Origin: an uncultured virus (IMG/VR IMGVR_UViG_3300049489_000201) | Taxonomy: Duplodnaviria; Heunggongvirae; Uroviricota; Caudoviricetes | Virus record (IMG/VR): IMGVR_UViG_3300049489_000201 | Length of the DNA stretch: 55,090 nt | Reading direction: 5' to 3' (one strand) | Part shown: piece by piece, positions 1 to 9,597 of the stretch | Layout: each line of letters opens with the position of its first letter | Numbering within the stretch: position 1 is the first letter of the stretch | Made by a program: the position numbers and the translations under genes | Notes under the pieces: model-generated | Told to the model about the DNA's origin: nothing | The model's database searches: none | The model's input: the letters and a program-made list of their open reading frames with translations, nothing else

Positions 1-351
1 CTGGCCCTAGTTAAACTAAATGTAACTCCTTCCGCCATAACTGTTTCCTCGACATCTGACGTTCTGACAAACAGTGGTATTGGATCGTTTACTGGTGTCT
101 TTATTAACTCAATAGATGTAAGATTCGATGAAAAAGTTACCACCACATTTATTAAGAGCAAATTTAGCACTACTGTGCTAGAGGCCAGAACTATGATTGA
201 TGTATTTGGAAAAAAGATTGCTGTGGACTTTACAGCACCAGATGGTTTTGGCACCAACTGGACTGGGATGGGCACGAGGTACGCTGGTGTCGTATACTTA
301 TCTGCCGGTAAATTGAATTGGTATTTCATCAGCCCAGGAGAGTACCTATAG
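1..351 (+). CDS. 3' end of an upstream gene, probably a virion/tail protein (partial)
   Basis: Frame 1 is open from base 1 to TAG at 349-351; Thr/Ser-rich; precedes tail genes. Confidence 0.6.
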   Translation: MALVKLNVTPSAITVSSTSDVLTNSGIGSFTGVFINSIDVRFDEKVTTTFIKSKFSTTVLEARTMIDVFGKKIAVDFTAPDGFGTNWTGMGTRYAGVVYLSAGKLNWYFISPGEYL

Positions 352-389
352 GGTTCGACTTTTTCTAGGTCAAACTGTATAATCAGACC

Positions 390-1325
390 ATGCGCGGAAC
401 ATATGTAATTAAGCAGGATGGCGTTGAAATCGCCCGAAGCGAAAACCTTATTACAACGGCTGGCAAGCGAGCCATCGTTTCTTTTCTTTCGGGTGCTGGC
501 GCTGGGTGGGGCGATGCCATGGCAATTGGTGCTGGAACTGCCGCAGCCGTTGTTGGTGACACGGCGCTGCAACTTGAGTATGATCGCCAGGCTACTTTGG
601 CCAAAGCCGTCACCTTTAACGGCGGCGGGGCGGGGATTCACAGAATCATCTGCAAAACAACGGTACCTAGTAATGTATCTGGCTGGATCAACGAACTTGG
701 CATATTTTCACAGTACGAGGGGGCGAGCCAAACCTCATCAAGTGCCATGCTGGCGGGGTTGTTTGATGACGAGGACTGGGAGGTCTATTCTGGTGGTAAC
801 TGGATCGATATTGCTACTGCACCAGACACATCAGAAAGCCGGGTGGGGGCGAATGCAACAACGCTGACCTCGGGAACAACTACTACACAGTACCGAGTAA
901 ATCTAGCAGACACAGACTATACTCTTTTTGGCTCAACCGACAAACTTAAGTTTGGTGCATACCTTATTTCTGGTGCCCTGTCATCAGTCGTTATCAAATT
1001 CTATACAGACGACAGCAATTACTTTTCTTATGCGCCAACTACAAGTGCATTTTGCAGCGCAAGCCTCGGTGTTTACACTGCGTCCAGTTTCTTGAAGTCC
1101 AATTGGACTGCCACTGGATCTCCCGTGTGGTCAAATATTAGCAGCATGGGCGTTGATATTACTGCTACGTCTGGCACTGTCAATGTTGCATTCGATGCCG
1201 CCAGGTTTGAAGATGCTGATAGTTTTGACGAATCCTACTGCTTGGTTAGCCGCTCGATCCTTTCCCCAGCAATTCAGAAGGTAGCCGGGACCGAACTAGA
1301 TATCGAATACTACTTGGACATCTAA
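390..1325 (+). CDS. Minor tail/baseplate-type structural protein
   Basis: 311 aa; ENLITTAGK N-terminus and INELGIF motif typical of phage tail proteins; leaderless TATAAT-N6-ATG. Confidence 0.7.
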   Translation: MRGTYVIKQDGVEIARSENLITTAGKRAIVSFLSGAGAGWGDAMAIGAGTAAAVVGDTALQLEYDRQATLAKAVTFNGGGAGIHRIICKTTVPSNVSGWINELGIFSQYEGASQTSSSAMLAGLFDDEDWEVYSGGNWIDIATAPDTSESRVGANATTLTSGTTTTQYRVNLADTDYTLFGSTDKLKFGAYLISGALSSVVIKFYTDDSNYFSYAPTTSAFCSASLGVYTASSFLKSNWTATGSPVWSNISSMGVDITATSGTVNVAFDAARFEDADSFDESYCLVSRSILSPAIQKVAGTELDIEYYLDI

Positions 1326-3121
1326 TGGACCATAGATTAGAAAAACTCCGAATCGGAACAAGATACGTAGCCCAAATCCGCAGTATCAACGAGGACCAAA
1401 CATCTGAGTGGTCGCCTGCGTTCTACATTAACACACCCACTGACTCTACAATCCCAGGAAACGTGACCGGGCTTAGCGGCTCTTATTCTGGTGGGAGTTT
1501 TAGGTGGACGTGGCTCAAGCCGATCTACAACACGAATGGTAAGCCATTCAAGGACTTTAGTTACTACGAAATCACGGTTTCGGACGGAACAAACTCTTAT
1601 ACTGACAGGACCACCTCCCGAGACTACTTTATTGATGTAAGCACATATCAGACAAAACTTGGCAATGGGCCAACACTAACGCTCAGCGTCAAGGCTGCTG
1701 ACTGGAGCGACAACAAATCTGTAACCCCGGCGTCGAGCGCTGTTACTGCGCCAGTCCCATCGACAATTTCTGGATCTTCAACCATTTCCGGTGTAGCATC
1801 GGTGCGACTAACATGGACTGAGGTAACCAACGTCGCTGTCGACGAATACGAAGTCTTTGTTGATGACACGGTTGGTTTCACGGCAGACACAAGCACATTC
1901 ACAAACCTATCCGGTAGAACCAACGACGCTTCATTTATCTGGCAGTCTGGCGAAACAACGGCTTTAACTCGATACTTCAAGATACGTGCGAGGTCTGTTT
2001 ACGGCGTCTACGGAAGTTTTCAGGAGGTTGCTGGTACGACGCTTGCAGTTGGCGCGGGTGGTGGCGGCAGTTCTGCAACATATGATTCAGTTATTTCCAC
2101 CTATTCTCCACTAGGAAACTGGAAACTTGATGAAACCACTGGAACTACTGCTACCGATACAGGAAGCAATGCAGACAATGGTACATATACAGGAACTTAT
2201 ACCCTCGGAGGGGCGGCGCTAGCAACCGGACTTGGCGCATCGGTAAACCTATCGTCAGACTACGTTGACATTACTAGTTCTGATTATCAGGCATTGACTT
2301 CGGCTTGGACTGTCATGGGGTGGGTAAAACTTTCATCAAGCACCGACCACGTACTCGTTAGCCACGCCTATAATGGCTCTAACGTACCGTTCGTACTTGG
2401 TTCGCTATCGCAGTTTGCAACCTCTGGAAAGGCAGGTTGTGGATTCTATAATGGATCGTGGCGCGGTGTATCAGGAACAACTACATTGTCGCTAGGAACC
2501 GTTTACCACATTGCCGGTACATGGGACGGAACATATCTCAAGATATACGTGGACGGCAACCTAGAAAATACATCTGCGCCTGGATCTAGCCCATCTTCCA
2601 GCACTGGAACGCACGTATATATCGGAAAGCGCTGGGACACATCTAGCCCTGAGTTTATGAATGGTGACGTTTCCAACGTATCTATTTTTGGAAGCGCTTT
2701 AACCGCCTCAAATATTCTTGAAATATACAACACTGGTGTTGGCGCTGGTGGTGGTGGCGGGGCTGGACCAAGCATCCAGCGCGAGACTTGGTCTTATCAG
2801 GGAACAGTTGCTACAATTGCTGGAGGTCAGCGTTTGTACGTTGAACAGCCCAGCACTATTCTTAGTTGCCGCGCGTCGGTGGGCACAGCACCAACCGGCA
2901 ACAGCATTAAGGTTGATGTGAACAAAAATGGAACAACTATTTTTACTACGCAGGCGAACCGCCCAACAATCGCAATTGCTGGAAATACGAGTGGCGCTGT
3001 GACAAATATGAACATTTCATCACTGAGCGCTGGTGACTATCTAACGGTTGACGTGGATCAAGTCGGTTCAACCGTGGCCGGGGCAGACCTAACAGTAACA
3101 GTAACTTTGGAGACAGTATGA
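1325..3121 (+). CDS. Tail fibre/minor tail protein with Fn3-like repeats and LamG/concanavalin domain
   Basis: 598 aa; Fn3-like W/Y patterns; LamG motif WKLDE...YHIAGTWDG..LKIYVDG; Gly linkers. Confidence 0.8.
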   Translation: MDHRLEKLRIGTRYVAQIRSINEDQTSEWSPAFYINTPTDSTIPGNVTGLSGSYSGGSFRWTWLKPIYNTNGKPFKDFSYYEITVSDGTNSYTDRTTSRDYFIDVSTYQTKLGNGPTLTLSVKAADWSDNKSVTPASSAVTAPVPSTISGSSTISGVASVRLTWTEVTNVAVDEYEVFVDDTVGFTADTSTFTNLSGRTNDASFIWQSGETTALTRYFKIRARSVYGVYGSFQEVAGTTLAVGAGGGGSSATYDSVISTYSPLGNWKLDETTGTTATDTGSNADNGTYTGTYTLGGAALATGLGASVNLSSDYVDITSSDYQALTSAWTVMGWVKLSSSTDHVLVSHAYNGSNVPFVLGSLSQFATSGKAGCGFYNGSWRGVSGTTTLSLGTVYHIAGTWDGTYLKIYVDGNLENTSAPGSSPSSSTGTHVYIGKRWDTSSPEFMNGDVSNVSIFGSALTASNILEIYNTGVGAGGGGGAGPSIQRETWSYQGTVATIAGGQRLYVEQPSTILSCRASVGTAPTGNSIKVDVNKNGTTIFTTQANRPTIAIAGNTSGAVTNMNISSLSAGDYLTVDVDQVGSTVAGADLTVTVTLETV

Positions 3122-4110
3122 CACTTTTATATATAGACGGCTTTGAGACTCAGGACTCTGAAAGATACAACGCTGGGTATGTACTTGGGTATTCTAGCAG
3201 TGGAACCAGGTTTGGCTACGGCTACTGTGTAGATATAAGCCGTCCAATATTGCAATATAACCTTGGTTCCGCCGAGTCAACAATTATCACCGGCCATGCC
3301 ATAAAAACAAACTCCTATGAGTGGGCTAACATATTTTACAGCGACGGTGGATCGCTGACTGCCGCCAGAATTAACTTGTCTGCAACTGGATCAATTACTG
3401 TCTATAGGGGCGGTGGTACGTTAGTTGGTTCTACCGCCGCCGGAATCTTTCCAACAACAGCATGGTTTTACCTTGAAACAAAAGTCGTAGTTCACGACAC
3501 AACTGGCTCTATCGAGGTAAGGGTAGACGGAGTGCAAGTTTATCTTGCAACGAACATCGACACAAGGCCCGGCACTGGAACCGGAATCGATTCAATCCAG
3601 TATTACTACTGGACAACTGGTAGTAATCGCCAAGTTGACGACCTATATATATGTAATGGTAGTGGGTCAGTAAACAACGACTTCCTCGGAGATGTGCGCG
3701 TCGCCACACTTACCCCCAACGGGAACGGTGCGTCTAGCCAATTGGTCGGATCTGATGGTAACAGCACAGACAACTACCTACTTGTTGATGAATCGCCACC
3801 GAATGCTTCGGATTATGTCGGAGGTACAACGTCTGGAGATAAAGACTCGTATCTTATGACTGACCTACCAGCGGGCGTAAGTAGCGTTCTTGGTATTCAG
3901 CAGGTTGCTAGGCTGACAAAGACTGACGCTGGCGCGAAGAGTGCCAAGCACCTTATTCGCATGGCAGCGACAAACTACACCTCTGCCTCATTTGTATTGG
4001 GTGCCGCGTGGACCACCCATACTTATGTCAGAGAGACTAATCCAAATACAGGCGTGGCATGGACTATTGCCAATGTGGATGCCCATGAAGCAGGAATAGA
4101 AATTGCATGA
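3118..4110 (+). CDS. Virion structural/tail-associated protein
   Basis: 330 aa beta-rich ORF coupled (ATGA overlap) to the tail genes. Confidence 0.65.
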   Translation: MTLLYIDGFETQDSERYNAGYVLGYSSSGTRFGYGYCVDISRPILQYNLGSAESTIITGHAIKTNSYEWANIFYSDGGSLTAARINLSATGSITVYRGGGTLVGSTAAGIFPTTAWFYLETKVVVHDTTGSIEVRVDGVQVYLATNIDTRPGTGTGIDSIQYYYWTTGSNRQVDDLYICNGSGSVNNDFLGDVRVATLTPNGNGASSQLVGSDGNSTDNYLLVDESPPNASDYVGGTTSGDKDSYLMTDLPAGVSSVLGIQQVARLTKTDAGAKSAKHLIRMAATNYTSASFVLGAAWTTHTYVRETNPNTGVAWTIANVDAHEAGIEIA

Positions 4111-5333
4111 CAGACTTACGGCTAACATCTGAGGCCACAGAAGCACTTATAGTCGGCTCACCTGAACTTCGTTCTGCGGCCAACTCTACAGAGGTTCTAG
4201 TTCTTGGTAGTCCTTTTGCTAGATTGGCCGCAGAGTATACTGAAGTTCTTGTTCTTGGAAGCCCTGCACTTCGTGCTGCTGCATTTTACACTGAAGTCCT
4301 TTATCCTTCGGTTGCACCATACACACCACCACCAACAGATAGGTTCGTTGGTTGGGGTATTCCTATGCGCGGAACTGGTTATGTTTCTACACCGCCAGTA
4401 CCACCTGACGACGGCGGTTCGGGCTCGGGCGGATCAGACGTAGACGGATGGGCATTCCTATTCGAAGACCAGTTTGGTACATTTGATACATCTAAATGGG
4501 GTAAGACAACTGGTACATTTGGTGCGCCTGATCGTATCCAGTATTACCGACCAGAAAATGTGACCGTTGGAACTGGTTCGGCAGGGGCTACAGGCGGAAC
4601 GTCGATGAAGATGCTGAGCAAGCGTGAAAACTACGGTGGACGAAACTTTACCGCAGGAATGATCGCAAGCAAGAATGTCAACTACTATCTGCCACGCTAC
4701 TGCCGTATCGAGATGCGCCAAAAGATTCCTCACGGCCAGGGCGTCTGGCCTGCTGAGTGGCTGACTGCAAAATCAGGCGGTGCGGACATGGTGGAAATTG
4801 ACATCATGGAATACTTCCACGCTCAGATTCCTGGGCGGCTTCTATGTACGCTTCACCGCAAGAATAACGCCGGAACGACCCAGTATAACGTTCACAAGAA
4901 CTTCGGCGGGACGTTCTTTGAAAACCCAACTACTACACCTGGTTGGCACACCATCGTATTCGAAGTATACCCAGAGTCAGGCAGTCCGACAGCACCAAAT
5001 ACAAACGTTCGCATGAAGGCTTATTTGAACGGAACGCTCATGTGGAACTACCTGGACACCCAGGCACTCTACTGGACAACAAACGGTGGGTCGGACAGTT
5101 CGTTCTACAATCTGTATTTGCAGGGAAGTCAGATCGACGGACGCTACGTTGGTCACCCTGACGGGCCGCTCGGATACGATCATATCAGGGATGCCTGTAT
5201 CATCGGTGGAACCAAGCCGAGTAGTTGCACCACCGTCAAAAACGGAATCAACGTAATCTACCCGACGTTTGGAGATCCGTCATCAACCTATGAAATCGAT
5301 TACATCAAGGTATGGAAATACACAGGAACATGA
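4107..5333 (+). CDS. Tail-associated protein: N-terminal 17-aa repeats fused to a GH16 glycoside hydrolase
   Basis: GH16 motif EIDIME with upstream GVWPAEW; F.DQF..FD.SKW domain start. Confidence 0.8.
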   Translation: MTDLRLTSEATEALIVGSPELRSAANSTEVLVLGSPFARLAAEYTEVLVLGSPALRAAAFYTEVLYPSVAPYTPPPTDRFVGWGIPMRGTGYVSTPPVPPDDGGSGSGGSDVDGWAFLFEDQFGTFDTSKWGKTTGTFGAPDRIQYYRPENVTVGTGSAGATGGTSMKMLSKRENYGGRNFTAGMIASKNVNYYLPRYCRIEMRQKIPHGQGVWPAEWLTAKSGGADMVEIDIMEYFHAQIPGRLLCTLHRKNNAGTTQYNVHKNFGGTFFENPTTTPGWHTIVFEVYPESGSPTAPNTNVRMKAYLNGTLMWNYLDTQALYWTTNGGSDSSFYNLYLQGSQIDGRYVGHPDGPLGYDHIRDACIIGGTKPSSCTTVKNGINVIYPTFGDPSSTYEIDYIKVWKYTGT

Positions 5334-5350
5334 GTTTATCGAAGACCGAC

Positions 5351-5380
5351 TTGACAGGCTCCGCGAGTCGTCGCTACACT
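5351..5380 (+). promoter_or_regulatory. SigA-type promoter
   Basis: TTGACA-N18-TACACT. Confidence 0.6.
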
Positions 5381-5400
5381 ATGTCGTAGACATTAAGGAA

Positions 5401-5811
5401 ATGAGAAAATTGTTCAAAAAGAAAGAAGTTAAGCAAAAAGAAACTATACTCTATAACAAGCGGGTCAACGCGCCGAACGGCGTGGCTTTCAAGGTCGGCG
5501 ATGAGTATTTTCTTGTCAAGTCTGGCAAGTTGCTGAAGTTTTTCTCGGAGAGGGTTTTTATCTCATGGGGGTTGGACTTCAGAGAAGTTGGCCCCGACTC
5601 CCTAAAGCACCTCAAGCGGGCGGGTACAATTGGTTTCCGCGACGGTAGTTTGATACAGAACTTCGTTGATGGTAAAATGTACCTAGTGTCCGACAACAAG
5701 CGTAGGCTTATCACGGACCCAGATCTGCTCGTGCTCTACGGCCCAGCCGTGGTAGCCTCCGAAGCAGAAATAAACTTGCAAGATGAGGGTGAACAAATAA
5801 ATGGCGTTTAG
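5401..5811 (+). CDS. Hypothetical protein
   Basis: ATG 5401 preceded by AAGGA; downstream of promoter. Confidence 0.7.
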   Translation: MRKLFKKKEVKQKETILYNKRVNAPNGVAFKVGDEYFLVKSGKLLKFFSERVFISWGLDFREVGPDSLKHLKRAGTIGFRDGSLIQNFVDGKMYLVSDNKRRLITDPDLLVLYGPAVVASEAEINLQDEGEQINGV

Positions 5812-6217
5812 TACCGTTGGTATGGTCACAAGTGATGATTTCATCGACAGTGGCCTGCTTGACCAGTTGCTAGAAAATGACAAGGTTCTTATTGGCATCA
5901 TGCCAAATCTGCAACTAAAGTCAGGTACTAACCTTTGGAACACCGACAAGGGGAACAAGATCAAGATCACTTCTGGTCATGTTGCTTTTAAAAAGTTCAA
6001 GGGTAGTCAGCGAGTCACCATTAAGTTCGATGGACGAGTCCCACCAGCGTCCGGAGGATTGCCAGTTTTGGTTGTCACCCCTCAGGCCAGTGGACCAGTT
6101 GTTTGTTATATTGGTGCTTGGTCAGCGGGCTTCAAGACGGCCACCGTGATCATGCAGACCATTGGAAGCAAGGGCGTAAACGCAGGTAAACTGCACTGGA
6201 CACTGACCCACCGCTAA
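5801..6217 (+). CDS. Hypothetical protein
   Basis: 138 aa ORF with GAGG RBS, tightly packed. Confidence 0.7.
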   Translation: MAFSTVGMVTSDDFIDSGLLDQLLENDKVLIGIMPNLQLKSGTNLWNTDKGNKIKITSGHVAFKKFKGSQRVTIKFDGRVPPASGGLPVLVVTPQASGPVVCYIGAWSAGFKTATVIMQTIGSKGVNAGKLHWTLTHR

Positions 6218-6477
6218 TGTATTTTCCTCTCGGTCGGTGGACAAAGCGTCCACGCAAGATGCGGTCGGGATATGTATTGGTGTGGGTTCCCGAGCATCCT
6301 AGCAAATTTGGTGAAGGTTGGTATTATGAGCATCGGCTCGTCTATGAGCGCGAAGTTGGACGTGTCCTAGAAACCTGGGAAACGGTACACCACATCAATC
6401 AAATCAAAACCGACAACCGTCTTTGTAATCTTTTTGTCTGCACAGAAAAGGAACACCGCAAAGCACACCGCTTCTGA
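6217..6477 (+). CDS. Small HNH endonuclease
   Basis: EHRLV...VHHIN.IKTDNRL.NL. Confidence 0.85.
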   Translation: MYFPLGRWTKRPRKMRSGYVLVWVPEHPSKFGEGWYYEHRLVYEREVGRVLETWETVHHINQIKTDNRLCNLFVCTEKEHRKAHRF

Positions 6478-6498
6478 GTGTGCTACACTGGTTGCACA

Positions 6499-7314
6499 AT
6501 GACTAACGACCTCAAATGGTTGATATCTTCTGATCAGCAGATACCATACCATGACAAGCGTGCGCTAGACCTGTATTTCCAGGTGATGAAAGCGTGGCGT
6601 CCCGACGTTATAGATCTCGTCGGTGACCAATCTGATCAGTTTTGTTTTTCTAGGTGGAGCGAGGGGCGACCACAGGAGTTCCTTGAGAAGTATAAGCGCG
6701 GAGAGATAGATGATATCTTGACCGGAAGCAAGGTCGAAGAACGTCCGGTTGCAGAGTTCTACGCTCAGCACCGCAAGATGCGGAAGAACGCGGAAATATT
6801 TGTTGCCCTTGGCAATCACGATGTTCGTGCTTTCGACTACTTTGAAAAGAAAATCCCAAGCATGATGAATGATGTTACTCCAGAATCGCTCTGGGGGCTT
6901 GATAGTCTAGGCATCGATTACATATATTACAGCGACCGTCCGAAGCATCGATATGGTGGCATCCATGCCCACCATGGAATGTCCATTAGCAAGCATGCTG
7001 GTGAGTCCGTGAGAAACGACATAGACAATTTTGGTATCTCTATGGTTCGCGGCCATAGTCACCGGCTAGCCTCATATGCAAAGTCGTATCCGCTGCGAAA
7101 CGAGATTGTTCGTGGGTGGGAACTAGGCCACATGATGGACATTAACTGTGGTGGTGCTAGTTACGATAACGTTCACAACTGGCAGCAGGGCTTCGCTATC
7201 GGACACATTGAGTCAGGTGCCGATACGCCAGATGGTTACTACGTTCACATTCAGTTGGTTGAGATAAGTCCAGACTACGTTTGTTATGTCGATGGCAAGA
7301 AATTCCAAGCCTGA
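6499..7314 (+). CDS. Calcineurin-like metallophosphoesterase
   Basis: SD.Q, GD..D, GNHD, HG and GHSH motifs. Confidence 0.85.
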   Translation: MTNDLKWLISSDQQIPYHDKRALDLYFQVMKAWRPDVIDLVGDQSDQFCFSRWSEGRPQEFLEKYKRGEIDDILTGSKVEERPVAEFYAQHRKMRKNAEIFVALGNHDVRAFDYFEKKIPSMMNDVTPESLWGLDSLGIDYIYYSDRPKHRYGGIHAHHGMSISKHAGESVRNDIDNFGISMVRGHSHRLASYAKSYPLRNEIVRGWELGHMMDINCGGASYDNVHNWQQGFAIGHIESGADTPDGYYVHIQLVEISPDYVCYVDGKKFQA

Positions 7315-7342
7315 CAAATCTGCTCTGTGGTATAATTAAAGA

Positions 7343-7867
7343 ATGAAAACGTGTACCGTGGAGAACTGTCAAAGAACTCTGTTTAGTCGTGGCCTGTGTC
7401 GCAGTCACTATAGACGCGGAGGGCCAGGAGAAATACGTGTCGCTAGATATTCTGACGAGTGTAGCGTAGCCGAGTGCGCCAAACAGGCAAAACTCTTGCG
7501 AATGTGCGATAAACATTATCGGGCGTACGTAAAACATGGTGACGCGACGGTAGTTAAACGACAGAGTGGTACAATATCACCGAACGCAGACGGTTATATG
7601 GTTGTCGGGTCACTTCACCCAGACAATCCATATAATCATAGAATTTACCATCACAGACTGGTGATGGAAAAAGAGTTGGGTCGCTCACTGGTAAAGGGTG
7701 AGTCGGTTCATCATAAAAATGGTGACAGGTCTGATAATAGAATTGAAAATCTAGAACTATGGTCTACTTCTCAGCCCTCCGGACAGCGAGTGGAAGACAA
7801 AGTGGCTTGGGCAAAAGATATCCTCAGCCTGTACGATCCAAAAAGTTTAGTGTGTGAGAGGAGGTAA
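7343..7867 (+). CDS. HNH endonuclease with N-terminal Cys/His zinc repeats
   Basis: Two C-x4-C...C-x2-H repeats, then HRLVME...VHHKNGDRSDNRIENLELW; leaderless promoter. Confidence 0.9.
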   Translation: MKTCTVENCQRTLFSRGLCRSHYRRGGPGEIRVARYSDECSVAECAKQAKLLRMCDKHYRAYVKHGDATVVKRQSGTISPNADGYMVVGSLHPDNPYNHRIYHHRLVMEKELGRSLVKGESVHHKNGDRSDNRIENLELWSTSQPSGQRVEDKVAWAKDILSLYDPKSLVCERR

Positions 7868-7870
7868 ATA

Positions 7871-8167
7871 ATGACCCTAGCAGTTGTAATTGTAGCGGTA
7901 GCAGTAGTCCTGCTTACATCGCTATTTAAACTAGAGGTGTTTAGCGACACCGTGAAGAAGGCCATTGCAGCAGTGGTTTCTCTAGCCGCTGGTGTAGCGA
8001 CCGCATACTATGGCGGTCAGTTCGACGGTGTTACAGACGTAGCCCAAGTAGTCCTTGTAATTTATGGTCTACAGCAGGCAATCTATAACTTCCTGTTCGA
8101 CTCTGGCAAGCCATTTAATGCTATCGACCGCGCGTTGGAAAACGTCGGTGCGGGAGACAACGAGTGA
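7871..8167 (+). CDS. Small membrane protein, holin-like
   Basis: 98 aa with 2-3 hydrophobic segments; GGAGG RBS. Confidence 0.55.
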   Translation: MTLAVVIVAVAVVLLTSLFKLEVFSDTVKKAIAAVVSLAAGVATAYYGGQFDGVTDVAQVVLVIYGLQQAIYNFLFDSGKPFNAIDRALENVGAGDNE

Positions 8168-8352
8168 AGCATATAAAATGTGGTGGGCCGGTCTTTGTGG
8201 ACCGGCTCTACCCACAAAACAAACGAATTGAATTGTACTGCATGATGTGCGGTACTAGATGGTTTTTACCGAAGTTGAATGGGAGTGCATTTACTAGATG
8301 GCTGAGTCGCGCCGAGACGTTCGTCCGAAACGGCTCCGTTACTTCTATATGA
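8164..8352 (+). CDS. Small zinc-ribbon protein
   Basis: HxxC...CxxC; overlaps neighbours in operon style. Confidence 0.6.
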   Translation: MKHIKCGGPVFVDRLYPQNKRIELYCMMCGTRWFLPKLNGSAFTRWLSRAETFVRNGSVTSI

Positions 8353-8813
8353 ATGGCCTGCTCTACAAGGCTAAGCGACAGGAAAAGCGTAACAACTTGA
8401 TGTACGCTCTCGATGCTCGTGACCACAAACTGACAGCGTTTCTTATCAGTGATGTTCGCAACCACTCACAACGCGCCTTTGATATCAAAGATGCTTGCAA
8501 AATGCTTGGATGCCAGCCGCTCACTTTGCGACGGTATGAACGCGACGGGAAGGTGTCCGGGGTTCAGCGATGGACCTCGGACCTTTCCAATCCTAAGAAC
8601 TTAGGGCGCAGAAAATACAGCGAGGACCATCTGCGGGAACTAAGAGAGGCGATGTCTGAGGTTAGCATCGGTCGCCCCAGGTTCGATGGTATGATAGTCC
8701 CAAGAGACACGCTCCCAAGCGCGGCGGAACTAGAAGCCATGCTCAGAGGTGAAGATGTGTTCTATATAAAGGATGGCAACGACTTTGTACCACTATGGAA
8801 AGCCAAGTTTTGA
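8298..8813 (+). CDS. MerR-like helix-turn-helix DNA-binding protein
   Basis: IKDACKMLGCQPLTLRRYERDG...RRKYSEDHL. Confidence 0.75.
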   Translation: MAESRRDVRPKRLRYFYMNGLLYKAKRQEKRNNLMYALDARDHKLTAFLISDVRNHSQRAFDIKDACKMLGCQPLTLRRYERDGKVSGVQRWTSDLSNPKNLGRRKYSEDHLRELREAMSEVSIGRPRFDGMIVPRDTLPSAAELEAMLRGEDVFYIKDGNDFVPLWKAKF

Positions 8814-9076
8814 GTGACGAAGAACTAGACAGCGAAGAACTTACCTCAGATGGTAACGGGCTCGTTCCACTAGACACTACGTTTGCTATAACCCGCGCGG
8901 CCATGCATCTTGATGAGACTATGCAGATGGCTCGGGATCTCAAAGATCCAGAAGCAGCCCTCGGAGTGGTTAATGCTTGGCTCACGATAGCCGCGCTGCT
9001 AGACCAGGACGATGACGAAGAACTTCCACGACGAAAGCACAAGACAGGTTTCCACCATGGACCCCACGAGGATTAG
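8795..9076 (+). CDS. Hypothetical acidic protein
   Basis: 93 aa ORF filling the gap; start uncertain. Confidence 0.6.
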   Translation: MESQVLSDEELDSEELTSDGNGLVPLDTTFAITRAAMHLDETMQMARDLKDPEAALGVVNAWLTIAALLDQDDDEELPRRKHKTGFHHGPHED

Positions 9077-9287
9077 AATAACTGCGGGCATCACCCGTAA
9101 CTTGGGCAACTTTGAGTCCGTGCGCTATGATGTGTCCATCGAGGACAGCGTACGTGCTGATGAAACTATCCATGATGCCACTCTACGTATCCGCAAAAAG
9201 ACAGAATCAGAACTACAAGATGCTGTCAACGAGTTGGAGGCAGAAATCGTAGCGACGAGAAAGGTGAACAAGCACCGTGGCGGCTAA
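9057..9287 (+). CDS. Hypothetical protein
   Basis: T.NLGNFESVR.D motif common in phage replication modules. Confidence 0.7.
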   Translation: MDPTRIRITAGITRNLGNFESVRYDVSIEDSVRADETIHDATLRIRKKTESELQDAVNELEAEIVATRKVNKHRGG

Positions 9288-9597
9288 GCAAGACACCAGG
9301 CCATACGCCCTGATTGATCTATACGCGCTTCTTTATCAGCAAAAGATGAAGCGGAAGGCGAGCGTGAACAAGTACCGCGACAAGTGGGGCTTTATGGACA
9401 TGCTCGACGCCCTTGACTACGAACGATCAGTCGAGGTGGTACAGTATTACTTCACCCTGGAACGAGCCGACTACCCCTTGATCTACCTATTCAGCAACTT
9501 CGATAGACTCGATGTTCAGATCAAGGCGCGGGACGAAGACAGGGCCAATCGTAGAAAACTAATGAAGCAAACGCAAGAGCGTGTGGAGGGTAAGTGA
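9277..9597 (+). CDS. Hypothetical protein
   Basis: 106 aa ORF coupled to the helicase. Confidence 0.7.
   Translation: MAAKQDTRPYALIDLYALLYQQKMKRKASVNKYRDKWGFMDMLDALDYERSVEVVQYYFTLERADYPLIYLFSNFDRLDVQIKARDEDRANRRKLMKQTQERVEGK

Noticed and set aside
1325..5333. Diversity-generating retroelement or invertible tail-fibre cassette
   Set aside because: No reverse transcriptase, invertase or template/variable repeat pair seen
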